A DNA stretch of 64,000 nt from Myxococcales bacterium (GTDB lineage Bacteria > Myxococcota_A > Polyangia > Polyangiales > JAFGIB01): positions 57,012-121,011 of the forward strand of contig JAOUOP010000009.1 in NCBI GenBank assembly GCA_029880325.1, read 5' to 3'. The notes beneath the pieces are model-generated. The model saw nothing but the letters and a program-made list of their open reading frames with translations, ran no database searches and was not told where the DNA came from. Shown here piece after piece: positions 18,734 to 27,924 of the stretch (its first letter is position 1; each line of letters opens with the position of its first letter). The translations under genes were made by a program, and so were the position numbers.

Positions 18734-18868
18734 ACGCCGTGCCCGCAATTCGCGGGGGAATTCCCCCCCAAAGGCGCTCTCGAGCGACAAAAGCTCGACT
18801 TCCGGAAGCGCGCGGGCGACGGCGTCGTGACGGTGGTTTTCCATGGCGAATCGAGCCTCCAAAACCGA

Positions 18869-20164
18869 TCAGCGCTTGAGGTTGACCAGCTCGCCATACA
18901 TCTCGTCGGCGGTCGTGATCACGCGGGAATTGGCCTGAAATCCCCGCTGATAGGCGATCATGTTGACGAACTCTGTGCCCAGGTCGACGTTGCTCTGCTC
19001 GAGCGCTCCGGCCACGACCGAGCCGCGACCGCCGGCCTCGGCAACCCCGATCAGGGCCTCGCCCGAGGCCTCGGTGGCCGTCAAGAGCCCCTGTCCGGCG
19101 CGCGACAGGCCGTCGACGCTGGTGAAGTTGGCGATCGCCAACTGGCCGATGGTGCGCATCTGACCGTTGCTGAAGACGCCCGTGATGACGCCATCGGCGC
19201 CAACCGAAACGCCCGCCACCGTGCCCGAGGCATAACCGTCCTGGGTCAGTCCAGTGGTGGTGGAGGGCGCGGCGAACTGGGTGAAGCCGTCGAGGCCGGT
19301 GCCGCCGTCGGTCGTGATGGAGGTACCAAAATCGAAGTCGATGACCTGGCCGGCGGTGGCGTCGATGAAGTCCCAGCTGCTGGCGCCGGCCGTCTCGGTG
19401 TCGAGCGCGCCGTCGGTCGTGAAGGTCAAGGTACCACTGGCGCCTTCCACCGGGACGCCGGGCGTACCACCGACCACGTCGCCGCCATCCACCATCGCAT
19501 GCCACTCCCAGGCGTTGCTGGCGCTCTTGCGGAAGTAGGTGGTGATCTCGTGGGAATTTCCGAGCGAGTCGTAAACCGTCAGGGTGTTTGAGAAGTTGCT
19601 GGTGGCTGCCGGATCTGTGGGGTCCCAGGCCGGCGGCACCACCTCGTTGGAATCGAGATTGGCGGCGATGTCGGCGGAGGTGGTTGCACTGGCCGGGACG
19701 GTACCGGGACCGACCACGATGTCGCCCACGGTCGTCCCCATGGTGCCGTCGGGGTTGGCGGTGTAGCCCTGCAGGCGCAGGCTGTCGGGGTTGACCAGGT
19801 GACCGGTGTTGTCGATGTGGAACTGACCGGCGCGGGTGTAGAAGTTGCCGCTGGCGCCGCCGACGGTGCCCTCGACGACGAAGAAGCCGTTGCCCTGCAG
19901 CGCCACGTCGGTGGGGGAGTCGGTGGTCAGAAGCGCTCCCTGGGACCACACCTGTTGAATGTGAGCCAAGCGCGAGCCGGCGCCCGCCGTCGGCGTAGAG
20001 TTGGTGGTCGGAATCGAGCGGCCGAGGAGATCCTGAAAGACGCCGCGCGAGCGCTTGAAGCCCACGGTGTTGACGTTTGCGATGTTGTCACCGGTCACGC
20101 CCAGCGCCTCACTGTGCGACTGAAGACCGGAGACGCCGGTGTTGAGGGAACGTAGAATACTCAT
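18869..20164 (-). CDS. flgE: Flagellar hook protein FlgE
   Basis: The start was set at ATG 20164 (MSILRSLNTGVSGLQSHSEALGVTGDNIANVNTVGFKRSRG). The C-terminus is FVNMIAYQRGFQANSRVITTADEMYGELVNLKR. The track ORF extends upstream into the spacer. Confidence 0.92.
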   Translation of the reverse strand: MSILRSLNTGVSGLQSHSEALGVTGDNIANVNTVGFKRSRGVFQDLLGRSIPTTNSTPTAGAGSRLAHIQQVWSQGALLTTDSPTDVALQGNGFFVVEGTVGGASGNFYTRAGQFHIDNTGHLVNPDSLRLQGYTANPDGTMGTTVGDIVVGPGTVPASATTSADIAANLDSNEVVPPAWDPTDPAATSNFSNTLTVYDSLGNSHEITTYFRKSASNAWEWHAMVDGGDVVGGTPGVPVEGASGTLTFTTDGALDTETAGASSWDFIDATAGQVIDFDFGTSITTDGGTGLDGFTQFAAPSTTTGLTQDGYASGTVAGVSVGADGVITGVFSNGQMRTIGQLAIANFTSVDGLSRAGQGLLTATEASGEALIGVAEAGGRGSVVAGALEQSNVDLGTEFVNMIAYQRGFQANSRVITTADEMYGELVNLKR

Positions 20165-20216
20165 GTGTCTTTCCTTTTCGTTGTTTTCTCGTCCGGTGCG
20201 TGAAGCACGGTGCAGC

Positions 20217-20888
20217 TCACTCCGCGATGGAGATGATGTTGGACAGGGGAATCGAAGAGCTGCCGATCTGCAGCTCCGGATAGCCGTTGTCGTAGGAGAC
20301 GGAGTTGACGACGCCCACCACCTCGGAGGAAGTGGCCACGGGCAGACCGGCGGCATCGACCGCGGTCACGTCGATGCTGTAGAGGCCGGGGTCGGCACGA
20401 TTGCCGTCGCCCTCGTTTCCATCCCAGAAGATGCCGTGTGTTCCCGGGTACGTGTCGCCCAGCTCCAGGGTGCGCACCTCGCGACCGGCGGCATTGCGGA
20501 TCGACACCGTCACGCCCTCGGCCCGGCCGTTGAGCGTGAAGCTGGTCTCGGCCGGTCCGATCGGGTCCAGGTACAGGCTCTTGCCCGAAGCGGTCACGGT
20601 CTTACCCACCAGCGACGCGGTTTGCATGCTCGCGATGCCCGCGGTCTCGGCGCCCAGGATTTGCAGCGACTGGCCGATTTCCGTCAGCTTCTCGACGCCC
20701 GTGAGCTCGGAGAGCTGGCTGACCATCTCGCGCGACTCCATGGGGTTGAGCGGATCTTGATTGCGCAGCTCAGCCACCAGCAGCTGCATGAAGGCGTCGC
20801 GATCGAGGGCTCCGCTGGCAGGGCCCGACTCCTTGCGCGGGGCCAAGGTCTGCGTGTTTACCGCGCCGGTGATTGGGTTGATGGCCAT
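20217..20888 (-). CDS. flgD: Flagellar hook cap/scaffold protein FlgD
   Basis: 223 aa from ATG 20888. DRDAFMQLLVAELRNQDPLNPMESREMVSQLSELTGVEKL is the FlgD N-domain, followed by a C-terminal FlgD Ig-like part. It is embedded in a longer artefactual track ORF (20217..21833). Confidence 0.9.
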   Translation of the reverse strand: MAINPITGAVNTQTLAPRKESGPASGALDRDAFMQLLVAELRNQDPLNPMESREMVSQLSELTGVEKLTEIGQSLQILGAETAGIASMQTASLVGKTVTASGKSLYLDPIGPAETSFTLNGRAEGVTVSIRNAAGREVRTLELGDTYPGTHGIFWDGNEGDGNRADPGLYSIDVTAVDAAGLPVATSSEVVGVVNSVSYDNGYPELQIGSSSIPLSNIISIAE

Positions 20889-20890
20889 GG

Positions 20891-21565
20891 TCAAACCTCC
20901 GTATCGATCGATTGCCAGCGGGGTGTGCCGCTCTTCTTGCTGGCGCGTTCGGACGCCATCGTGCGTGCCGCCAGCGTCGACAACTGCAAGTCGTGCTTGG
21001 CCAGCGCCGCCCGCAGAGCCGAGCCCTGGGCGAAGAGGGCGGCGACCGCGGCGCTGTTGGAAAGCGTGGCGCGCAGCTGTACGGCGCGGCCCTCGAGCAA
21101 GAGCTCGAGACTGATCGGACCCAGCTGCGGATGGCGCAAATTGACCACGGCAGCGCTGGCGCCCGACTCGTGGGGCACAAGGCGAACCTCGATGCCGGGC
21201 GCCTTTGCGGCCGGCTGGGGCGCATGGGGCTTTGCGCCCGCCGGTGAACCGGCGGCGTTCGGAGTCTCGGCAGCCGGCCCCGGCCGCGCTTCGACCAGGA
21301 CCTGAATCACCTGCTCGGCCACCCATACGGCACTGACCAGCAGCGCCGCCTCCGCGGTCGCATCTTCGCGTGCGTAGGTGGTGTGCTGCGGCGGCCCGGC
21401 TGCGTCGACCTTGAGCGCCTTCTGGACCGGAGCGCTCAGGCCGAGCGCTCCTCCCAGCGTTCGCCGAAAGCCCAGAGGCGACGCTTCGAGCGGCGACGCG
21501 CTTCGTCCGAGCGAGCCTTCCGCGAGCTGGGGCCCCCGGCCGAGTGACTGCGTCGTGGCTTTCAC
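20891..21565 (-). CDS. fliK: Short FliK-like hook-length control protein
   Basis: 224 aa. The C-terminus VVNLRHPQLGPISLELLLEGRAVQLRATLSNSAAVAALFAQGSALRAALAKHDLQL fits the Flg_hook domain pattern. Located between fliJ and flgD. Confidence 0.7.
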   Translation of the reverse strand: MKATTQSLGRGPQLAEGSLGRSASPLEASPLGFRRTLGGALGLSAPVQKALKVDAAGPPQHTTYAREDATAEAALLVSAVWVAEQVIQVLVEARPGPAAETPNAAGSPAGAKPHAPQPAAKAPGIEVRLVPHESGASAAVVNLRHPQLGPISLELLLEGRAVQLRATLSNSAAVAALFAQGSALRAALAKHDLQLSTLAARTMASERASKKSGTPRWQSIDTEV

Positions 21566-21990
21566 CGCGGACCTCCCCGCTGGGCCAGATCGTCGTTTTC
21601 GCGCTGCTCGGCCCGCTGCTGCGACTGACGCCGCTCCTGCAGCGCCTGATCGCGCAGATGCTCGAAGCTACGCAGCTCGCGATCAATGTGCCTGACCGCC
21701 TCCACGCGGAGAGTCTGCTCTTGCTCGCAGCGGACCAGGTGCTCGGCCGCGCGAGCCAGACTCCCGCGCGCCATCTCCGCCAGTGACGCCCTGAGGCCCA
21801 CGTCAACAGCCGCCGCCGGCGCGGCCACCGCAAGTTCGCGCCCTAGACGAAGGCGATCGACCCTCGCGCCCTCGAGTTCCTCGCGCGCCATGTGCAGGTC
21901 GACCAGCGCCGCCGCAGCCTCGAGTTGCCGCATCTTCTTCAGACGTCGTTTGGTCGAAACCAGACGAGAGAGACCCTTGGGATCGCGCAT
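21562..21990 (-). CDS. fliJ: Flagellar export chaperone/stalk protein FliJ
   Basis: 142-aa coiled-coil protein immediately after fliI. Confidence 0.75.
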   Translation of the reverse strand: MRDPKGLSRLVSTKRRLKKMRQLEAAAALVDLHMAREELEGARVDRLRLGRELAVAAPAAAVDVGLRASLAEMARGSLARAAEHLVRCEQEQTLRVEAVRHIDRELRSFEHLRDQALQERRQSQQRAEQRENDDLAQRGGPR

Positions 21991-23333
21991 CAGCTACCCT
22001 CCATCGTTTCGGCCGGTGCCGACAGCGCCGCCGCAAGCTCGCGGTGGGCGGTACCGAGCGTCACCGGCTCGTCACTGCCCTGACAGAAAACCCGTGTCAG
22101 CGCCGGCATCGCCAGAATGGCTTCATCGAAAAGAGGGACCGTCCCCCCCTTGTACGCCCCGATCGCCAGCAAATCCTCGACCTCCGCATAGGCCGCCATC
22201 AACTCCCGAACACGATGGGCCAGCGCCATCTGATCGCGGCTGACCAACTGGGGCATCACGCGCGAGAGCGAGGCGGGAATGTCCACGGCGGGAAAGTGCC
22301 CTCGGTCGGCGAGCTTGCGCGACAGGAGGATGTGACCGTCGAGAATCGCGCGCACCGAATCGGCGATCGGATCACTCATGTCGTCGCCCTCCACCAGCAC
22401 GGTGTAGATTCCCGTGATGCTGCCAGAGCCTTCGCAGGGACCGGCGCGCTCGAGCAATCGGGGCAGAGCCGCGAAGACGCTCGGTGTGTAGCCCTTGGTG
22501 GCGGGTGGTTCACCCACGGCCAGTCCGATCTCGCGCAATGCCATGGCGTAGCGCGTCAGGCTATCCATCACCAAGAGCACCTGCTTGCCCTGGGCCCTGA
22601 AGTACTCGGCCACAGCCGTTGCATAGAGCGCGCCTCGCGCCCGGAGCAGCGGCGGATCGGAGCTGGTGGCCGCAATCACGACCGAGCGCATAAGCCCTGC
22701 GCGCGACAACGTACGGTTGACGAACTCTTCGACTTCTCGGCCACGCTCTCCGATCAGCGCGATCACTGCCACCTCGGCCGCCGCCTCGCGCACCATCAGA
22801 CCCAGGAGTGTGCTCTTGCCGACTCCTCCGCCGGCAAAGATGCCCATGCGCTGACCGCGGCCCATTGTCAGCATGGAGTCAATAGATCGAACACCCACCC
22901 ACATGGGCTCCTCCACCGGCCTGCGCAACAGCGGGTTGACGGGCGTACCCTCGAGCGGAACCCGCGCTTCGCAGTTGCTCAAGGGCTTGCCGTCAAGGGG
23001 CCGACCGAGGCTGTCGACCACGCGCCCCAAGAGGCCCGGTCCGACGGCAGCCGTGGCCGCGTCGCCCGCACGGTGCAATGTGGAGCCGACCACGAGCCCC
23101 TGAGTGCTACCCAGGGGCATCAACAGTGTGCGCTCACCGCGAAAGCCCACGACCTCGGCCTGCACCGGTACACGGCTGTGTTGAGAGCGCACCTCGTAGA
23201 GGTCCCCTACCGAAGACCTGCAATCGCCGGCCTCGAGCAACAGGCCAACCACGTCCAGGAGCCGGCCCTGGAGCGTAGGCCGAGCCACCTGCGCCACAAT
23301 CTTTTGGTACTTGCCGAGATCGATGGCCGTCAT
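21990..23333 (-). CDS. fliI: Flagellum-specific ATPase FliI
   Basis: Walker A GIFAGGGVGKSTLLG, Walker B VLLVMDSLTR, and F1-ATPase-like sequence over the full length. Confidence 0.95.
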   Translation of the reverse strand: MTAIDLGKYQKIVAQVARPTLQGRLLDVVGLLLEAGDCRSSVGDLYEVRSQHSRVPVQAEVVGFRGERTLLMPLGSTQGLVVGSTLHRAGDAATAAVGPGLLGRVVDSLGRPLDGKPLSNCEARVPLEGTPVNPLLRRPVEEPMWVGVRSIDSMLTMGRGQRMGIFAGGGVGKSTLLGLMVREAAAEVAVIALIGERGREVEEFVNRTLSRAGLMRSVVIAATSSDPPLLRARGALYATAVAEYFRAQGKQVLLVMDSLTRYAMALREIGLAVGEPPATKGYTPSVFAALPRLLERAGPCEGSGSITGIYTVLVEGDDMSDPIADSVRAILDGHILLSRKLADRGHFPAVDIPASLSRVMPQLVSRDQMALAHRVRELMAAYAEVEDLLAIGAYKGGTVPLFDEAILAMPALTRVFCQGSDEPVTLGTAHRELAAALSAPAETMEGS

Positions 23334-24001
23334 CAGTTCGCCTCCAGCTCGGCATCAAAGGCCTTGCGCACCGAACGCAGCCGCTCGTCGATGCGACCGT
23401 CGACGTGCCCCAGCTCGCTCTGCAACACGCCGCCAAGGCCCTCGATGGAGGGGTCGAGCACGAAGCGCACACGGACGCCGTCGATCACAGCAGTATCGTC
23501 GCCGAGCACCTCACACAGGGCGCCATGGGCGTCAGGGGAGACCGCAACGCGCGCCTCGCGCACATCACCCAATGTTTGAATGGCCGCGCGCACGAAGCGC
23601 TGGTGCAATGCCGGGTCGAGCTGCACCTCGCGCTCGACCAGCACGCTGGCGATGGTCACCGCCAGATCGAGCAGCTGTGCTTCGGCCGCGCGCGCCGCCT
23701 CCGCCTTGACCACCCCGAGTTCGAGCGCCGCCTGAGCAAAAACGCCCGCCTGGGCCATCAGGCGATCTCGCGCGCGCTCGGTCTCGAGCTGCTCGGCCCG
23801 AAGCTGCGCCATCATCTCTTCAAGCGGATCGACCTCGGGCTCTTGCGGCGGCGCCTCGATGGCTTCACCGATCGTACGCAGAAGGAGCGGCCGCACTTCA
23901 TCGCCGCGGGCGTCGATCCAGGCGGTGTTGCGGCCATCGCGACTCACCGCACCGCCGGAAGTCGAGGGAAAACGAATGCGTCGGGGATCAGACATAGCCA
24001 C
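23333..24001 (-). CDS. fliH: Flagellar export ATPase regulator FliH
   Basis: 222 aa with a central charged coiled coil and a FliH C-domain. Located between fliG and fliI. Confidence 0.8.
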   Translation of the reverse strand: MAMSDPRRIRFPSTSGGAVSRDGRNTAWIDARGDEVRPLLLRTIGEAIEAPPQEPEVDPLEEMMAQLRAEQLETERARDRLMAQAGVFAQAALELGVVKAEAARAAEAQLLDLAVTIASVLVEREVQLDPALHQRFVRAAIQTLGDVREARVAVSPDAHGALCEVLGDDTAVIDGVRVRFVLDPSIEGLGGVLQSELGHVDGRIDERLRSVRKAFDAELEAN

Positions 24002-25040
24002 CCTCCCCTTCCCGGGCGATGTTGATGCGACCTTCGCGCTCGAGGTTCAGAGCTGCCTCCACGATCGCCTGCTTGGCCTCTTCCACGTCGGAAATGCGTA
24101 CCGGCCCGAGCAGGTCTAGCTCCTCGCGCAAGACGGTTGCGGCTCGCGCCGAGAGGCTTCCAAAGACCTTCTCCTTCAAGTCTTCGCTCGCGGTCTTGAG
24201 GGCGGTCACCAGCTGCTCGGTAGAGACTTCCTTGAGTAGAAGCTGCATGCCGCGGCTCTCCACGCGGACGAGGTCTTCAAACGTGAACATCGAGCTACGC
24301 AAGGAATCAGCTACGGATCCATCGAGGGTGGCCAGCTCCTCGATCAGAGCCTCGGTGCGCTCGGCGTCCATGTTCTTGAGCATGGCCACCGCCGCTTCCA
24401 TGCCTTCCACTTCATAACGACCCGCGTCGGTGAAGGACTCGACCTCGGTGGCAAACTGACGCTCGAGATCCTCTATCACGCTGGTTGGCACGCTTTGCAG
24501 CTGCGCAAGACGCATCATGATCTCAGCCTGCCTCTCGGTGGGCATGTCCCCCAGGATCTGAGCGGCGCGGGTGGGCGCGAAAAGTGAGAGAATCAGAGCG
24601 ATGGTCTGCGGATGTTCGCGTTCGAGCACACCCAGGATGGTGGGCACCTCGAGCTTGGAGAGTGCCTCCACCGGCCCCCGCGCGCCCATCTCGTCGGTCC
24701 AGAGGTCAGCGGCCTTGCCCTCGCCAAGCGCCTTGCCTACCAATCGCCGAAGGTACGCACTGCTGCCCTTGAGGCTCGTGGGCACGCCCTGCTGCATGCG
24801 CAGAGCAAACTCCTGATGGATGGAGGAAACCGCAGTGGGCTCAACCTCCTTCAGCTGAAGAGCCGCTGCGCGGAGCAGCTTCACCTCGGCGTCATTGAGA
24901 TGCGACAGCACGCGGGTTGCGACCGCTTCGTCCAGGCTGACCAAAAACAAGAGGCTCTTCTGAACGCCGGTCAGTCCTCGCTGCATCGCGAGATCAGCTC
25001 CGGTCTCCTCATCGGTTTTGGTCAGCGCGTCGCTCATCAC
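23988..25040 (-). CDS. fliG: Flagellar rotor protein FliG
   Basis: 350 aa. GVQKSLLFLVSLDEAVATRVLSHL and MFTFEDLVRVESRGMQLLLKEV are hallmark FliG motifs. Confidence 0.95.
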   Translation of the reverse strand: MMSDALTKTDEETGADLAMQRGLTGVQKSLLFLVSLDEAVATRVLSHLNDAEVKLLRAAALQLKEVEPTAVSSIHQEFALRMQQGVPTSLKGSSAYLRRLVGKALGEGKAADLWTDEMGARGPVEALSKLEVPTILGVLEREHPQTIALILSLFAPTRAAQILGDMPTERQAEIMMRLAQLQSVPTSVIEDLERQFATEVESFTDAGRYEVEGMEAAVAMLKNMDAERTEALIEELATLDGSVADSLRSSMFTFEDLVRVESRGMQLLLKEVSTEQLVTALKTASEDLKEKVFGSLSARAATVLREELDLLGPVRISDVEEAKQAIVEAALNLEREGRINIAREGEGGYV

Positions 25041-26632
25041 CGCTGCTCCGTGATCCAGCCCTTGATCACGCGGGCCGCGCTTTCGGGCTCGCTATTGGCG
25101 AGTTCCGCCGCCAGCGCCCGCATCTCGTCAAGGTCTTCGCCCTTGCCGCCGCTGGCCGCGACCGCCATCGCACCAGGGACTCCGGGCAGCGCCATCGGCT
25201 GGGAACCATCGCCGAGCTGATGCGCTTCCAAGGCCGACTGTGGGGCGAGGCGAGCGCTGGCGCGCAGCAGCGCGAGCACGAAAATCAGCAAGCACAGCAA
25301 CACGATCGCCCAGCCGAGATAGGGAAGCAGCGGCTGAGCCACGTGAACCGCATCGCCCACGGTGAAGCCTGGTTCCGGCGGCGACTCCACCGCCGCGAAG
25401 GGCACGCACTCGATGGTCACCTTGTCGCCACGCTCGGTGTCGATGCCAACCGCTGTGGCCACCAGATCCTTCAGGCGCGCCAGTTCTTCTTCGCCACGCT
25501 TTTCAAAGACCCGCTGCTCGCCCTTGGTCTTCCAGATGCCGTCTACGATCACGGCCACCTGGAGGCCCTTGACCTGACCCACCGGCTCGACGGCGTGGCG
25601 CACGACCTTGCTGACCTCGTAGTTGCGGGTCTCGGTTCGCCGCACCAGACCATCACGCCCGGCGGCGCCCGCCTCCGGCGCTTCACCGCCAGGTAGATTC
25701 GAAGGAGTGCCCGGCACACCACCCACTCCGCGATCGGTACCGGCCTTGGATTCCTCGCTAATCTGAAAGCTGCGCGAGGCGATGGTCTCGGGGTCGTAGC
25801 GCTCTTCGGTCCGCTCCTCCCTGGTGAAATTCACCGCCGCCGACACCCGCACCATGGAGTGTTCCTTGCCCAGTGCGGTATCCAGAAGCTCCTGCGCCGC
25901 CAGCTCGCGCGCGCGCTCCACCTCGCGGCGAAAACCCAGGGCGTCACTCGCAAGGTCTTTGTCGTCGGTACTCTCTGCGCCCAGGGCCCGACCCTGGCCA
26001 TCGACGACGGTGACGGCGCTGGCATCCAAGCCGCGCACCGCAGAGGCCACCAGGTAAACGATGCCACGAATCTGCTCTTCGCCAGTACGGAAGCCGGTTC
26101 GCGTATGTAGAACGACCGAGGCCGAAGCCTGTTGCTCGCCGCTGCGGAAAAGCGAACGCGAAGGCAAAACAAGATGCACCCGGGCTCGCTCGACTCCCCG
26201 CAGGTGCCCGATGGTGCGCGCCAGCTCACCCTCGAGGGCACGGTGATACTTCACCTGCTCGGCAAACTCGGTCTCGCCAAAGCGTTGCTCGTCGAAGACC
26301 TCGAAGCCCACGCTTCCGCCATCGAGCACGCCCTCGCCGGCCAGTCGGAGGCGCACCTCATGCACCTTGTCCGCCGGGACGCGTACGGTGCCGGCAGGCT
26401 GCACCTCATGGGGAATGTTCAGGCTCTGCAGCCGCTCGACAATGCGGGCTTCCTCATCGCCGTCGAGGTCGGAGAAGAGCACCGCGTCGCCCGGACCGAT
26501 GCCTCCCATGGAAGTACTGATCAGCACCAGCGCGAAAACCGCGATGAAGGCAGCGACGCCAAGCCGAGCCACCCCTCCAAGAGCGGCCCAGCGGGCGCCG
26601 ACAACTCCTATCGCGTTGCGCAGGGCTTCCAT
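25037..26632 (-). CDS. fliF: Flagellar MS-ring protein FliF
   Basis: 531 aa. N- and C-terminal TM segments flank a YscJ/FliF periplasmic domain. Confidence 0.93.
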   Translation of the reverse strand: MEALRNAIGVVGARWAALGGVARLGVAAFIAVFALVLISTSMGGIGPGDAVLFSDLDGDEEARIVERLQSLNIPHEVQPAGTVRVPADKVHEVRLRLAGEGVLDGGSVGFEVFDEQRFGETEFAEQVKYHRALEGELARTIGHLRGVERARVHLVLPSRSLFRSGEQQASASVVLHTRTGFRTGEEQIRGIVYLVASAVRGLDASAVTVVDGQGRALGAESTDDKDLASDALGFRREVERARELAAQELLDTALGKEHSMVRVSAAVNFTREERTEERYDPETIASRSFQISEESKAGTDRGVGGVPGTPSNLPGGEAPEAGAAGRDGLVRRTETRNYEVSKVVRHAVEPVGQVKGLQVAVIVDGIWKTKGEQRVFEKRGEEELARLKDLVATAVGIDTERGDKVTIECVPFAAVESPPEPGFTVGDAVHVAQPLLPYLGWAIVLLCLLIFVLALLRASARLAPQSALEAHQLGDGSQPMALPGVPGAMAVAASGGKGEDLDEMRALAAELANSEPESAARVIKGWITEQR

Positions 26633-26635
26633 CGA

Positions 26636-26986
26636 TCAGGCCCCCATCCGCATCACTTCGCGGTAGGCGTCGATCAGGCGGTTGCGCACGCTCGACAGCG
26701 TGCGCAGGGAGATGTCGGCCTGTTCCATCGCGATCATGGTGCCGTGGATGTCGTGGCTCTTGCCCTCGGCAAACTCCGCGGTCCTCGCGTCGGCCGTCTT
26801 GTGCTGGGCGTCGACCTCCTTGACCATTTGCTGAAGGTGATCTGCGAAACTGCGCGCGCCTTCGACCGCGCTCTCGTCACCGAGCTGCAGTGGGCGCTCG
26901 GCCAGGGCCGGCTTGGCAATTTCCGGTCGCGACTGGATCGGGGTTTGCTGCGTGAGCAGGGCGGGAGGAAGTCCGAGCGGTGCCAT
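26636..26986 (-). CDS. fliE: Flagellar hook-basal body protein FliE
   Basis: 116 aa. The C-terminus HGTMIAMEQADISLRTLSSVRNRLIDAYREVMRM is the FliE pattern. Confidence 0.9.
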   Translation of the reverse strand: MAPLGLPPALLTQQTPIQSRPEIAKPALAERPLQLGDESAVEGARSFADHLQQMVKEVDAQHKTADARTAEFAEGKSHDIHGTMIAMEQADISLRTLSSVRNRLIDAYREVMRMGA

Positions 26987-26988
26987 CT

Positions 26989-27444
26989 TCAGGATCCGAT
27001 GGAAAGGGCCGACTGGGCCATGCCTTTGATGGTCTGCATCACGGTGACCCCTGACTCGTATGCGCGCGATGCGGTGATCAAGTTCACCATCTCCTCGACA
27101 GCGTTGACGTTGGGAAGCGCCACGAAACCGCGCTCATCGGCATCCGGATGCGAGGGATCGTACATCTGCTGCGGGGGCGCTTGGTCGCGGCGTAACTCGC
27201 TGACCTCGACGCGGTAGACCGCGGTGGGCTCGGCTCCCGCGGCGTTGGCCACAGCATCGGCGAAACGGTTGTCGGTATTCACGGGGACGGCCTGAAAGAC
27301 CGGATCGATGCGCTTGTAGGGCCCTCCCTCGGCCGTGCGCGTGGTGCGGGCGTTGGCCAGGTTCGAGGCCAGGGCGTTCATGCGCGCCCGTTGGGCATCG
27401 AGACCCGAAGATGCGATCTCCATCGCTGAAAAGAAGTCCATCAT
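26989..27444 (-). CDS. flgC: Flagellar rod protein FlgC
   Basis: M(M)DFFSAMEIASSGLDAQRARMNALASNLANARTT. Start is ATG 27444 or 27441, downstream of GGAG. The track ORF begins at 27474. Confidence 0.92.
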   Translation of the reverse strand: MMDFFSAMEIASSGLDAQRARMNALASNLANARTTRTAEGGPYKRIDPVFQAVPVNTDNRFADAVANAAGAEPTAVYRVEVSELRRDQAPPQQMYDPSHPDADERGFVALPNVNAVEEMVNLITASRAYESGVTVMQTIKGMAQSALSIGS

Positions 27445-27496
27445 CGTTCTCCTTGGGCCGCCGAGGCCCTCCACCTACCGTCGAGCGCCGTCACCA

Positions 27497-27895
27497 TCAG
27501 CCGTTGCCTCCGGTGGCCGCGTAGCGCAGCATCCCCAGGTGCTTGGAGATGAAACGCGCGGCGGCCTGGTAGCGCAGATCATTGGCCGCGAGCTTCGACA
27601 TCTCACGCTCGAGGCTGACGGAATTGCCGTCGGCGCCGACCGGAGCGGTCGTGTCCTCGACCCTGTGAACACCCTCGAGCCCCGGGCCGGCGCTCGCCGG
27701 ATTTAGGTGGCTCTTCTCGGTACGCGCCAACGGCAGCGTTCTGCCCTGCTCCACTTCACTGTCGCGCAAGATGTCGACGGGGCGAAATCCCGGGGTCTCG
27801 ACGTTGGCGATATTGGAAGCTACGACGTTATGGCGCTCGCGGTGGTACTCGAGAGCCTGCGTCAGAGCTTGGGCGCCATTGGACAGCGGCAGCAT
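27497..27895 (-). CDS. flgB: Flagellar rod protein FlgB
   Basis: MLPLSNGAQALTQALEYHRERHNVVASNIANVETPGFRP. The track start at 27913 is a TTG lying inside the sigma54 motif, so ATG 27895 is preferred. Confidence 0.9.
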   Translation of the reverse strand: MLPLSNGAQALTQALEYHRERHNVVASNIANVETPGFRPVDILRDSEVEQGRTLPLARTEKSHLNPASAGPGLEGVHRVEDTTAPVGADGNSVSLEREMSKLAANDLRYQAAARFISKHLGMLRYAATGGNG

Positions 27896-27909
27896 GGCCA
27901 GAATACGAA

Positions 27910-27924
27910 GCAACCTTCATGCCA
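27910..27924 (-). promoter_or_regulatory. Candidate sigma54 -24/-12 promoter upstream of flgB
   Basis: Minus strand reads TGGCATGAAGGTTGC (GG-N10-GC, TTGC -12 box), followed by a 14-nt spacer (ttcgtattctggcc) to ATG 27895. A sigma54 activator gene lies directly upstream. Confidence 0.6.

Noticed and set aside
20165-20216. The flgD-flgE spacer, examined for a promoter or terminator hairpin (gtgagctgcaccgtgcttcac).
   Set aside because: The potential stem leaves a 1-nt loop and has mismatches. No sigma54 or sigma28-like boxes are present. It is most simply an intra-operon spacer with an RBS.
20217-21833. 538-aa track ORF spanning the flgD, fliK and fliJ region.
   Set aside because: Only the last 223 codons (from ATG 20888) are FlgD. 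The upstream part is an out-of-frame reading across fliK (20891..21565, a different frame) and has no protein-like features.
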